Virus record (IMG/VR): IMGVR_UViG_2744054492_000006 | From: an uncultured virus (IMG/VR IMGVR_UViG_2744054492_000006) | Taxonomy: Duplodnaviria; Heunggongvirae; Uroviricota; Caudoviricetes | Length of the DNA: 64,000 nucleotides | Reading direction: 5' to 3' (one strand) | Part shown: one piece after another, positions 19,461-28,383 of the stretch | Numbering within the stretch: position 1 is the first letter of the stretch | Layout: every line of letters begins with the position of its first letter | Translations under genes and position numbers: made by a program | Notes under the pieces: model-generated | What the model was told of the DNA's origin: nothing | Database searches by the model: none | What the model saw: only the letters and a program-made list of their open reading frames with translations

Positions 19461-21701
19461 TCACCCTCGCAGCCCGGCCACCAAACTGTTGCCTCTGCGC
19501 CTTGGTTTCCGGCGCACCTTTTTAGGTGGTGCTCGTTTCGGCTTCACCGTTGTTTGCACTGCCTGTTCCTTGTCTTCCGCTTGCGTCTCCGGCGCTTCCG
19601 TTTGCACCGGTACTGGGAGACTTTCAGACACACTTTCCCCGGCAAGATCCTTTGAACCCGCATCACGGATTGTCTCTTGCTTTGGCCGCAGTGCTGCAAA
19701 ACTATTGGTTTCCATAGATCGCGCCCAAATAGGCGGGCGCTTCCAGTTGATTTTTTCCGCCCTAAGAACCAGCACCAACGCCAGTCCATAAACGCCCAAA
19801 TCAAGCGCCTCGTTTCGCTTACGCCCCTTGCGAAGCACCCAGCCTTTCGGGGTGCGCCGCTCTGCGCAAAACTCTTCAAACACGTGCGCAGGTAGGTTAC
19901 GGGTCAGGTGATAGGCATCTGCGCCCGGATCTTCACGGGCAAGGCTGGCGGTAATTTCGGACTTCAGCCGCCATGTGCCCACACGAACAATTCTCAAATC
20001 AGAGCGCTTTTTAACGCGCTTGCCTTCTTCCTTTTCTGGTGTGACTTCCTTTGCCCGGTCCCGGTCCCAGCGGTCCAGCCCCTTGGCAAGAAACACCCGC
20101 CTGCGCAGGCCAAGCTTGCGCGATTTACGAAAGAAGGCATAAGCATTCTTTGTCACCCCATCCGCGCCGCCACTGTCCACGATCAGCGCAGCCGGTTTGA
20201 TCTGGTAGGCACTGCCCGCAACCGGATAGTACTTTTCCAGCAAGGGCAAAAGCGCGTCCCAATCTTCCTTGTACTTTGCCGGATCTATCGCCCTGCTATC
20301 AGCGCTTGGAGCACCTGCAGGCGGGGCGTGAACGTCAAAGCGATCAATCAGCCAGCGTTCCAACCCCGGCCCCCATGCATCCACCTGGCACACAAAGCGG
20401 CCCTTTTGCACGTCAACGGCAATGGTAAGAAAGCGGGTTTCCGGTGGTGCGACCTTAAGCAGATACTGCTCTGCCTTGTCCTTCAGTTGCTTCACCGTCA
20501 AGTCATCTTCATCTTCCACCATGCGCGATGAATAAGGCTTGCCCTGATCAACGTTCACAGTGGTCTTTAATGAGGTTTCATCTCCGGTTTGCTGGAACTC
20601 CTGCCAGGCAGTCTCATATCTGGAAACCAGGGACGCCCACGGCTGAAAGGCAGCGGCCGCCCCTTTCAGCCAGTAAGTGACAAGATCCGTTTCCCGCAAA
20701 GCCTCATCATGAACACTCACCAGCTCCCCGGTTTTGCTTTCATGCAACCAGCTGCCCGCACGGTTTAGCTCCACCTTGTGCCGTGGTTCAAAGATCGCAC
20801 CGCAATGCGGGCACACCATCACAGCAGCAAGGCCGCGCTCTTTCGGGCTGCCGTCCTCTGGAAAATGCAGCAACTCATAATCTGGTTCAAAAACTTCAGC
20901 GCAATCCGGGCAAGTCCAGTAATAACGCCCACGGGTGCCCCTGTTGTAAAGCGCTAAAATGCCAGTTGCCGGTGGTGCCATATGGGGCGCACCCTCAGGC
21001 GGCAAGAAGTCATTATCTTCAATCAGACGACCCGGAGAACTCTCTGCAATCGCCATCCCACGAGAACCGAAAGTTTCCGTACGCTTCAAGGCAAGGTCAA
21101 ACAAGTTGCCTTCCCCTTCAATGTCTTCCGGCGCACGGTCATAGTCAGTCAGCAGCATTAAAGGCAGGTCAGAAGCAGACACTTTGGAGACCACCGGCCA
21201 ACCGATATCCAGCGTCATGCCGCCCTGAAAACGCTTGTCTAATATGTTGTTGTCAAACCGGCCCCGGCCTAAGCGCCGCTTGATTGAAGGCGTGTAGTTG
21301 ATCAGCGCCCCTACTTTTTTCAAAGCAAATTCACGCGCCGCGTTTCTGTCCATATGAATGACACGCATGTCGCAAGGCTCACAGCAGATCGCCTGCCCTA
21401 TGCGGTTGATTATCAAAGCATCCGTTTTGCCAGTCCGCGCAGGCCCGGCAAACACCGTCCCCCGGAAGCGCCGCGATGCACTCATGTCCATAGGCTCCAC
21501 CATGTAAGGTGTTACCTTGTTATCCCACGCGATGATTGCCCCGTTGTCCCGCAGCTTGCGCTCACCACCTGCCCAGGAAGAAACCGACATACGCCGCACC
21601 GGCGCAAGAATAGGCAGCGCATCAGCAAGGCACCCGGCAGCACTCGCATACGCAGGCGGCCGCCACCCGTGCGCACGGGGCGGAAGTTCAAATGTGGGCA
21701 T
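19461..21701 (-). CDS. terL: Terminase large subunit, lambda GpA family
   Basis: GPARTGKT Walker A, ESSPG, CPDC/CPHC Zn motifs, VDVQ, VDSGG and RNEALDL nuclease motifs. Confidence 0.95.
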   Translation of the reverse strand: MPTFELPPRAHGWRPPAYASAAGCLADALPILAPVRRMSVSSWAGGERKLRDNGAIIAWDNKVTPYMVEPMDMSASRRFRGTVFAGPARTGKTDALIINRIGQAICCEPCDMRVIHMDRNAAREFALKKVGALINYTPSIKRRLGRGRFDNNILDKRFQGGMTLDIGWPVVSKVSASDLPLMLLTDYDRAPEDIEGEGNLFDLALKRTETFGSRGMAIAESSPGRLIEDNDFLPPEGAPHMAPPATGILALYNRGTRGRYYWTCPDCAEVFEPDYELLHFPEDGSPKERGLAAVMVCPHCGAIFEPRHKVELNRAGSWLHESKTGELVSVHDEALRETDLVTYWLKGAAAAFQPWASLVSRYETAWQEFQQTGDETSLKTTVNVDQGKPYSSRMVEDEDDLTVKQLKDKAEQYLLKVAPPETRFLTIAVDVQKGRFVCQVDAWGPGLERWLIDRFDVHAPPAGAPSADSRAIDPAKYKEDWDALLPLLEKYYPVAGSAYQIKPAALIVDSGGADGVTKNAYAFFRKSRKLGLRRRVFLAKGLDRWDRDRAKEVTPEKEEGKRVKKRSDLRIVRVGTWRLKSEITASLAREDPGADAYHLTRNLPAHVFEEFCAERRTPKGWVLRKGRKRNEALDLGVYGLALVLVLRAEKINWKRPPIWARSMETNSFAALRPKQETIRDAGSKDLAGESVSESLPVPVQTEAPETQAEDKEQAVQTTVKPKRAPPKKVRRKPRRRGNSLVAGLRG

Positions 21702-21787
21702 ATCTTGAAACCTGAGCTATAGAATTGAATAGTCGATTGGAGAAATTGATATTCTCTATTCTCGGCTGAACAAAAGTAGGTACATCT

Positions 21788-22027
21788 ATGCCCCGACTGA
21801 TACGGTATTTTGATAAGGCAACCGAAGAAGAACGAGGATCACTCTTTCTCATCAATCCAGATTTGAAAGAACTTCAAACCATTTTCGCTGAACCAGAAAC
21901 ACAGCCAATGTATGATTGTTGGCCCATCGATTCTGAAAAGGCGCGTTTGTTGAGGAAGTTCGTAAGCGAAGACTTCGTTTTTGATTTCTCAAGGCATGAG
22001 TACTTCCTTGAGTATGACACAGACTAA
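21788..22027 (+). CDS. Small acidic protein resembling colicin E3/cloacin-type immunity proteins
   Basis: YFDKATEE near N-terminus and DFSRHEYFLEYD at C-terminus; 79 aa. Confidence 0.55.
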   Translation: MPRLIRYFDKATEEERGSLFLINPDLKELQTIFAEPETQPMYDCWPIDSEKARLLRKFVSEDFVFDFSRHEYFLEYDTD

Positions 22028-22049
22028 ATGTCGACTCTTTGCACCTCAG

Positions 22050-22673
22050 CTATTCCGCAGCTTCCATCACTTCAGCCTGCCCGGCGTTTTCTTCCGCGCT
22101 CATTGCCTGCATGAATTCAGAAAGCTCCCGGTGAAGTTCTGCCAGCAGATCATCTGCAACCACAACTGCCGCCTCTGACTGGCGACCATCCAAACCGACA
22201 TCCCGAGACAGCCTGTCAGGCATGCCGTTCACCGCATTGCGAACCGCTGAGAACGTCCGTTCCAGCAACGCCACAACATCGGCACGGGCGATCAGCTCAC
22301 CACGCGATTGTGCAAGCTTGTTATAGGCTGCCTCAGTTTCATAAAGTTCCTTACGCTGCCTTGGTGTCAGCGCCATTTCAGAATTGCCAGACCCACCACC
22401 CAACAAAGCCATCTGCATTTGCCGGATATTGCTTTGGATCTTCTCTTCTTCCGCAGCCTCTGAAGCTTCCCTTTCCTTCTGCCATGCATAGCAAACCGAA
22501 AGCCGGAACTCATAAGCTTGCCCGTTGGTGCCCTTGCTCTCACAAGGCATCCCCTCGCAAATCCACTGATCAATGGTGGGCAGGCTTTTCTTAAAAGCTT
22601 CTGCAAGGTGGCGCTTGTTCACCACCACATCTTCCACACCATCAGGGAGCGGATAGCGTTCAACATTCTCCAT
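22050..22673 (-). CDS. terS: Terminase small subunit (Nu1-like HTH)
   Basis: VNKRHLAEAF..TIDQW..GMP winged helix, GELI motif; upstream of terL. Confidence 0.9.
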   Translation of the reverse strand: MENVERYPLPDGVEDVVVNKRHLAEAFKKSLPTIDQWICEGMPCESKGTNGQAYEFRLSVCYAWQKEREASEAAEEEKIQSNIRQMQMALLGGGSGNSEMALTPRQRKELYETEAAYNKLAQSRGELIARADVVALLERTFSAVRNAVNGMPDRLSRDVGLDGRQSEAAVVVADDLLAELHRELSEFMQAMSAEENAGQAEVMEAAE

Positions 22674-22747
22674 GCACGCCCCCCTTCAATCTGGAACAAC
22701 AACAGAAACGAAAACACCAAGTGCTTCCGCACACCACACAAACCAAT

Positions 22748-22798
22748 GTCCCGCAGTTCCGAACTACCCGCAGGCCGGCGCGTGCCCAGGAAGGACCC
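22748..22798 (-). promoter_or_regulatory. Putative lambda-like cos site (cosQ GGGTCCT plus cosN-like segment)
   Basis: Minus strand GGGTCCT-N23-GGTAGTTCGGAA-CTGCGGG just upstream of terS. Confidence 0.6.
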
Positions 22799-22808
22799 AA
22801 AGCTTCAG

Positions 22809-23597
22809 CTAAGCGCTTTGACTGATCATCTCTTTCAGTTGTTCAATACTCAACGCCTGATCACGCTTGCGATGCACCACAGAATGGCAATTGGAGCAAA
22901 GTGGAACCAAGTCTTTCCGCGGATCAATCTCAATAGGACCACCACGCATTGAGAGCGGTTCGATATGGTGCACCTCGATAAAGCCCTCAGCATAGCTCCC
23001 GTAGAATGAGCCGAAGTCGAAGCCGCAAGCCTTGCAGACACGCCCATGAAACTCGATCGCCTGCGCTCTCAGTTTTGGATCACGCTCATAAGTCGAAACA
23101 GTCCGATAACTCTGCTCGCCTTCCATTGAAGCAGTATAGCTGCTTTGCGTGTCATCCTCTTCAAAACCATAGGTCATGTTATCAGGAACAGGCACTTGCC
23201 CTAAGATACGATAGTAGACAGCGATTGTAATTTCCCGAACGCCATCACGCCAATAATTGCTGCGCTTGCTCTCTGGAATATCCTCGAGATAGTCGCCATC
23301 TTTCTTTGCCAGGATCGCCTCATCGAAAGGACGGTAGTTTACGATATCGGCATAAAGATCGCCTTTTTTGCTCTCAGGGTCAGGTTTAACTGTCCCAATC
23401 TCGGCAACAGCGAAATAGTGAGGCTCTTTCGTCAAACGCTGATCGGCAAACTTGGCCTGTTTCAACTTACCTTTGTAATAAATAACTTTTGTGCCGCTTG
23501 GCAGCAGTTTCGCATAGCGTTTGGGAAAGTGATAAAGCTGACCTGTCTTATCATCCCATGGAGAGACATCATTCTCAGTAATTACGGCAAATTTCAT
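22809..23597 (-). CDS. EVE/PUA-like + McrA-type HNH endonuclease
   Basis: ERDPKLR..CKACGFDF..IEVHH..LCSNCH; N-terminal domain with YHFP, IYY and YFA pattern. Confidence 0.8.
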   Translation of the reverse strand: MKFAVITENDVSPWDDKTGQLYHFPKRYAKLLPSGTKVIYYKGKLKQAKFADQRLTKEPHYFAVAEIGTVKPDPESKKGDLYADIVNYRPFDEAILAKKDGDYLEDIPESKRSNYWRDGVREITIAVYYRILGQVPVPDNMTYGFEEDDTQSSYTASMEGEQSYRTVSTYERDPKLRAQAIEFHGRVCKACGFDFGSFYGSYAEGFIEVHHIEPLSMRGGPIEIDPRKDLVPLCSNCHSVVHRKRDQALSIEQLKEMISQSA

Positions 23598-23685
23598 AGG
23601 TGCTACTCAAATAATATTGGAAAAAATTACATTCCAATATTTTAAGGTTTAGCGCCATACGCCTTACAACAAAAAATTGTAGATC

Positions 23686-24312
23686 CTATCTAGCTGTTGC
23701 TAATGCTCTCTGCATCGCACGCCGGAAGTTACGTTTCATCCGGGCGTCTGCAGTCTTTCGCGCACCCTCTTCAAAGCGCAGGCGCGGTTGATAGTCTGCG
23801 CTCTTCTCATAGGCAACCAGCAGCTTTAAACCCGTGCGGCCCTTAGTGCCCCGTGAGCTATCCCGGAGCTTGCCGCGCCTAGGGCGCTGCCAGATTCCCT
23901 CAACCCCGTTGATCTCACCTTGAAACACATCCGGGCGTTTCAACAGCCGGTCAATACTGCGCCGTGGGAGGTTACCGTATTTATTGAGCCGCTGAGAGAA
24001 CGGAACTGCCAACGCTTTCCGCTTTGGCCTTCTGGTTCCTCCTTTCTCCTGCAGCTCCAAATAGTCAGCCTGCCTATCCTTAAAGAAAACAACGGCCGAA
24101 AGGTTGCGCTTACTTGCCCGTCTCAGTGCAAGGCCGCGTTTGGTGAAGGGTGTGGGACGGTCCAGCCGCCTGCTTAATGCTTTCTCGCTATTGGTCTTGA
24201 TATCCTGCACTGTCTCATTCAGCGCTAAGCTGATCGCATAGGGCACTTGCCGTTGTTCCACTTTGGTCAGCCCATTTGCGACTTCATCAAAGTTTGCAAT
24301 GTAGCGGATCAT
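23686..24312 (-). CDS. First late gene; basic phage tail-completion-like (gpZ-like) protein
   Basis: QVPYAISLALNET..LDRPTPFT family found before terS in lambdoid phages. Confidence 0.7.
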   Translation of the reverse strand: MIRYIANFDEVANGLTKVEQRQVPYAISLALNETVQDIKTNSEKALSRRLDRPTPFTKRGLALRRASKRNLSAVVFFKDRQADYLELQEKGGTRRPKRKALAVPFSQRLNKYGNLPRRSIDRLLKRPDVFQGEINGVEGIWQRPRRGKLRDSSRGTKGRTGLKLLVAYEKSADYQPRLRFEEGARKTADARMKRNFRRAMQRALATAR

Positions 24313-24326
24313 AGCCCCCCCAACGA

Positions 24327-24406
24327 AAAAGCGCTCTCAGGCGGCAACCTGAAAGCGCAATTTTTCATCATAATTGAATCATGCCTATTAGTGCTGCAGG
24401 TGTCAA
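24327..24406 (-). promoter_or_regulatory. Late promoter (PR'-like) followed by a terminator hairpin
   Basis: Minus strand TTGACA (24406-24401)-17 bp-CATGAT, then GCGCTTTCAGG..CCTGAGAGCGCTTTTT. Confidence 0.6.
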
Positions 24407-24419
24407 GTATCCTGAAAGT

Positions 24420-25343
24420 CTACCTCTCGATAAACTCGAACGCTAACTCAACCAAACTCCCAGAGGCTTTAGCGTCTAACAATGAATTAGGTTCATCACT
24501 TGCGACTGTGGAATGGCGCCACACCATAATAGCAGGATGCCAAATCAACGCGATCAAGATAGAAATAGCTGCGAAAATCTTCGGCCCCAATGGTAGCAGC
24601 AAGACATTTCGTTCTCGCGCCTCAAACTCAACAACACGTCTCAGCTCGAAGTAAAGTTTCTCCGGCTTTAGGAGGTTGTAGCTTTGAAGCAGTTCTGGTT
24701 GCTCTAAAAAGCTAAAATCAAGATTGTTCTTTTGAATTTCTTCTTCAAATCTTTTGTCTGTACCTATCGGTGAAAAGCAATAGATACGCTCTGGCTCAAG
24801 CACATCAATTGCACCGATTATTCTTCCAAACTCATAACCAGCTCCAGCAATGAGGGTTAGATGTTCTCGAAATAGACTCGCCTCACCTAAGAAAGCAGCA
24901 GATATTGGCCCGAAATCTTTCACATGATCCAAAGTTGCTTTAGGTAAAACGAATGATTGAGGATGATAGGTAATCAGTATTTGACCAAACTTATCAAAAT
25001 TCAGAAATAGAAACTCAAACATCGCCGAAATTTTTTTTCGATCTAATGATGTTACATCAATCTCTAGGTTCACTTGGCCTACCATTGGTAGGTTCATCTC
25101 CAAGTCACTCAAGAGATGTGAGAAATCGTTCCTTCGCACACAATTTAGATCTGATATTACAGATGAATTTTCATCATAAGAATGTATCCCATGACTTTGG
25201 TAATCAAATAAAAAAATTTGCGTACCAGATAGCTCATCTTCTCTATTACGCAATCGTTCAATCGATCGATGTTCATAACCAACACAGCCAAGAAAAACAT
25301 TCGGCTGAACTGATTTAGGGTCAACTAAAATAACATCAAGCAT
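24420..25343 (-). CDS. Hypothetical protein with two Rossmann/CARF-like halves
   Basis: Duplicated GYE..R motif (VGYEHRS, AGYEFGR) with IDVTSLDRK and LLPLGPK; overlaps the ATPase stop. Confidence 0.7.
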   Translation of the reverse strand: MLDVILVDPKSVQPNVFLGCVGYEHRSIERLRNREDELSGTQIFLFDYQSHGIHSYDENSSVISDLNCVRRNDFSHLLSDLEMNLPMVGQVNLEIDVTSLDRKKISAMFEFLFLNFDKFGQILITYHPQSFVLPKATLDHVKDFGPISAAFLGEASLFREHLTLIAGAGYEFGRIIGAIDVLEPERIYCFSPIGTDKRFEEEIQKNNLDFSFLEQPELLQSYNLLKPEKLYFELRRVVEFEARERNVLLLPLGPKIFAAISILIALIWHPAIMVWRHSTVASDEPNSLLDAKASGSLVELAFEFIER

Positions 25344-27198
25344 CTGTTGTAGCCCAGTTTAATAGATCTGGTTGCTCATCTTGCTTTTTACTGTTTTGTG
25401 GCATTGCAGAAAGAACTCGTTCTTGCCCGGTAATAGTAGGCAATTTGTAAAACGGTGCTAAGCGATGAGAGATACGAAGACGACAGCCTTCGAGATCAAA
25501 TATTAACTGTTTTCCATCTGATCGTTGATCTACTACGAGCGCCCCGGAATTGATTCCAATAATCAAAGCATCTCTAATTTTTGTAGATACGCCCTTGAGA
25601 CGATAAGAAAGCGCTGGCTCTGGTTGAAATTTACTATCAAACAAGTTTTCTGACAGTGTCTCTCCCAACCGATCGACGACTGCAAGTGTAGGGTACACCT
25701 CATTTGCGCTTTTCTCGGACGGATTATAGGATGCTATCAAAGCCCGAAAACGATCTACATTGCGAGGTATTGCGCGGTTCTGTGCTATTTTCGAATCCAC
25801 CCTGTCGTTAAAGCTAACGAATAATTCATTAAGCAAATACTTAACAGCTCTCGGATTCCCCTCCGTAAGACTTAATAACTGATCGAAGCCGTGATAGTAG
25901 CCATAACCTTTAGCAGAGCGACGTCTTGTCGAAGATTGATGAGTTTTACTTTTACCAGCCTTCGAGAAATAATAACTTCTTATCTCAGCTATCGGCGCAA
26001 CTTTTCTTAGATAAGATGCTCTCTGATTTTCACTTCTCAGACCATCTATATCTGACACGCTCTTAAAATCATTACTAGCCATGTGCTCAATGAAAGACCT
26101 ATCTCCGGCAGATTTTGCCGCTGTATAGATGGCACTAACTTGACGCTCAAAACCTTTTGACACGAACTTGCGAGTGTCTTTCTTTATTGCACTTGAGCTA
26201 TTGAGGTAATGAACGAACTCACTAAACACGATCCCTCTATTCTCACACTCCTTTTGAATAAGCTCTTTTGAGAATTTATGATCGGCATCTGCGAACTTAT
26301 TTGCAAGAATGATTGAATGAAAGTCTTGGCCGTCAACAGGTCCTGTTTCACTCGTCCTAAGTCGTTCCTCCAAGTCATAAAAATCAATATACGGAAACAA
26401 GGAAAACTTCAAAACAGCTCTCTGATCAAAGGAGCGTAAGTTTTCATATAAGCGAGTTAAAACCCTTTTTGGTGCAATCTCCATTTCATCAAAACTTACG
26501 CTCCATCGATGCACACCAATTTGACTTTCAACAGCATCAAAAAAACCTTTTAGCATAACCAAAAAGTCGAGATGCCCTACAAGCCGAATGGCATCTAGAT
26601 CTGCGCTTGAGTTGAAAGGGCTTACCGCTGATCGAAACATGTTGATCCGCTTCAAGAGAGCAAGCTTGAGCCCGATAAACGAAAACTGCTTTGTGGGTAA
26701 CGACCAGAGTTCAGAGCACATTTCACAGATAAGAGATTCCTGAACATCATTTAGGTGCGCAGCCCATGGTACCGCCTCTCCATGAATGGTGAGGTCACTA
26801 ACAATCCTGGCATCTTCAAAGGAAGCGATCAGTTGATACAAACAATGATCAGTAAACAGACCATTTAGAATTAAATCCATATCACTTTTCGAGATATCCA
26901 AATTCGAAACAAGCTGTGCTGTGCCCTTCCAAATCGATTCTGCAGGGATGTAGACTGGAATATACTCAAAATTTACTCTTCTGAGGCGATCTGCAAACTC
27001 TTCTCTTTGGTGTAGGTAATACAAACCAGTAGCCGTCAGTGCCTTCATTATAGTGGTTTTACCTAACCCTCTAGGTCCAACTAAAACTAAATTCTGATAG
27101 GCTGCGGCCTGCTCAAAATACTCAGGCATCACGAAGGAAGAAGCGATATCTTTCGGACTGGCATTTCGCGCATTGAACTGTGTTGAAATCATAATCAC
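25336..27198 (-). CDS. ORC/CDC6-like (STAND-type) P-loop ATPase
   Basis: GPRGLGKTT Walker A, SVSFDEME Walker B, GNPR sensor and probable C-terminal winged helix. Confidence 0.8.
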   Translation of the reverse strand: MIMISTQFNARNASPKDIASSFVMPEYFEQAAAYQNLVLVGPRGLGKTTIMKALTATGLYYLHQREEFADRLRRVNFEYIPVYIPAESIWKGTAQLVSNLDISKSDMDLILNGLFTDHCLYQLIASFEDARIVSDLTIHGEAVPWAAHLNDVQESLICEMCSELWSLPTKQFSFIGLKLALLKRINMFRSAVSPFNSSADLDAIRLVGHLDFLVMLKGFFDAVESQIGVHRWSVSFDEMEIAPKRVLTRLYENLRSFDQRAVLKFSLFPYIDFYDLEERLRTSETGPVDGQDFHSIILANKFADADHKFSKELIQKECENRGIVFSEFVHYLNSSSAIKKDTRKFVSKGFERQVSAIYTAAKSAGDRSFIEHMASNDFKSVSDIDGLRSENQRASYLRKVAPIAEIRSYYFSKAGKSKTHQSSTRRRSAKGYGYYHGFDQLLSLTEGNPRAVKYLLNELFVSFNDRVDSKIAQNRAIPRNVDRFRALIASYNPSEKSANEVYPTLAVVDRLGETLSENLFDSKFQPEPALSYRLKGVSTKIRDALIIGINSGALVVDQRSDGKQLIFDLEGCRLRISHRLAPFYKLPTITGQERVLSAMPQNSKKQDEQPDLLNWATTDA

Positions 27199-28382
27199 TG
27201 CACTCCGCGCATAAGAGCCTGAATATCTGACCGCGCAGATACAATCGACAAATCGTGTTCAATCAATTTTTGATTGATTACTTCAACTTCGTCCATACTT
27301 ACATACGCAAGCTCTGGCACAGATTCGAAGAGAGCATTTTTAGCAACCATCGAAGTACAATCTATCGCACAAATTTTTGTAACAATGTCATCGATCGCGT
27401 AGTCTTTTCCAAACGGACGCGTAAAAGGCATATTAGGCGTTCTACTTCGCTCCCATTTTCCTCCACCCCAATCCCAAGAATAGATTGTACCTTCAGGCCG
27501 TGGAGCGTCTAGCTTAATGTCCAGGATATGGAACTGATTTGCAAAGTAACGTTCATGGTTCTTGTATGGATATGCGGCAAAACTAGATGCTGAAAAGACG
27601 ACCGGCTTAACATGTCCCAACTCCGCACACCTTAACTTAACCATATGCTTATGGCCGTGTACGACAATACAGGACTTCCCGGTGTCTCCAAGCGATTGCA
27701 AAAGCTTCGCCCCATCAGACATCTGATCATAATCAGGGTCTACAATTTCGTCGACCCGCAGCGGGTGGTGATGCATCATTACAATAAAGTGACTATTTTC
27801 AGATTGTTCGATTATCTCAACAATCTTCGCAATCATGGCTTCGCTAAGATGACCTATCGCCCATATCGATCTTGAAGCATTCGCATCTCCACCTAATCCA
27901 TGAAGTCTACAGGTATCAACCGCGATAACATCGCATCCTAAAAGTGAAAGAACTGCAACACCGTCAGCAAAATAGTCTTTCTGTTGCTGACGGTCGTTAA
28001 AAGGGAATGGAGGGGCAATTTGCTTCAGGAAATCTATTCTTTTCTGAGCTTGATCTATGTCTTCGATACGAGAAAGCAAATCATGATTTCCGGTCACACC
28101 CATTACATGCTGAATATTCAGTTTTCTCGCAACAAGGTGTAAGTCGTTCCAAGCTTGCATAAGTGGTAATTGCTTGGATTGGTGGGCAAAATCACCCAAA
28201 CAAAGTATTGCGTCAACTTGCAACTCTTCATCGGAAAGACACTTGGTAAGCGCAAGTATTGGATTTTTGGAAGGACATCTTTCTTCGATGTTAAACGAGC
28301 TTCCCTCGTTTCCAAAATAGACATTTGCACCTTCCAAATCAGATGACATGCAATGAATATCACTTACAACAAGAAATCTCAT
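27195..28382 (-). CDS. Calcineurin-like metallophosphoesterase
   Basis: SDIH, LGDF, GNHD, HHHP and HGHKH motifs. Confidence 0.92.
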   Translation of the reverse strand: MRFLVVSDIHCMSSDLEGANVYFGNEGSSFNIEERCPSKNPILALTKCLSDEELQVDAILCLGDFAHQSKQLPLMQAWNDLHLVARKLNIQHVMGVTGNHDLLSRIEDIDQAQKRIDFLKQIAPPFPFNDRQQQKDYFADGVAVLSLLGCDVIAVDTCRLHGLGGDANASRSIWAIGHLSEAMIAKIVEIIEQSENSHFIVMMHHHPLRVDEIVDPDYDQMSDGAKLLQSLGDTGKSCIVVHGHKHMVKLRCAELGHVKPVVFSASSFAAYPYKNHERYFANQFHILDIKLDAPRPEGTIYSWDWGGGKWERSRTPNMPFTRPFGKDYAIDDIVTKICAIDCTSMVAKNALFESVPELAYVSMDEVEVINQKLIEHDLSIVSARSDIQALMRGVQ

Positions 28383-28383
28383 A

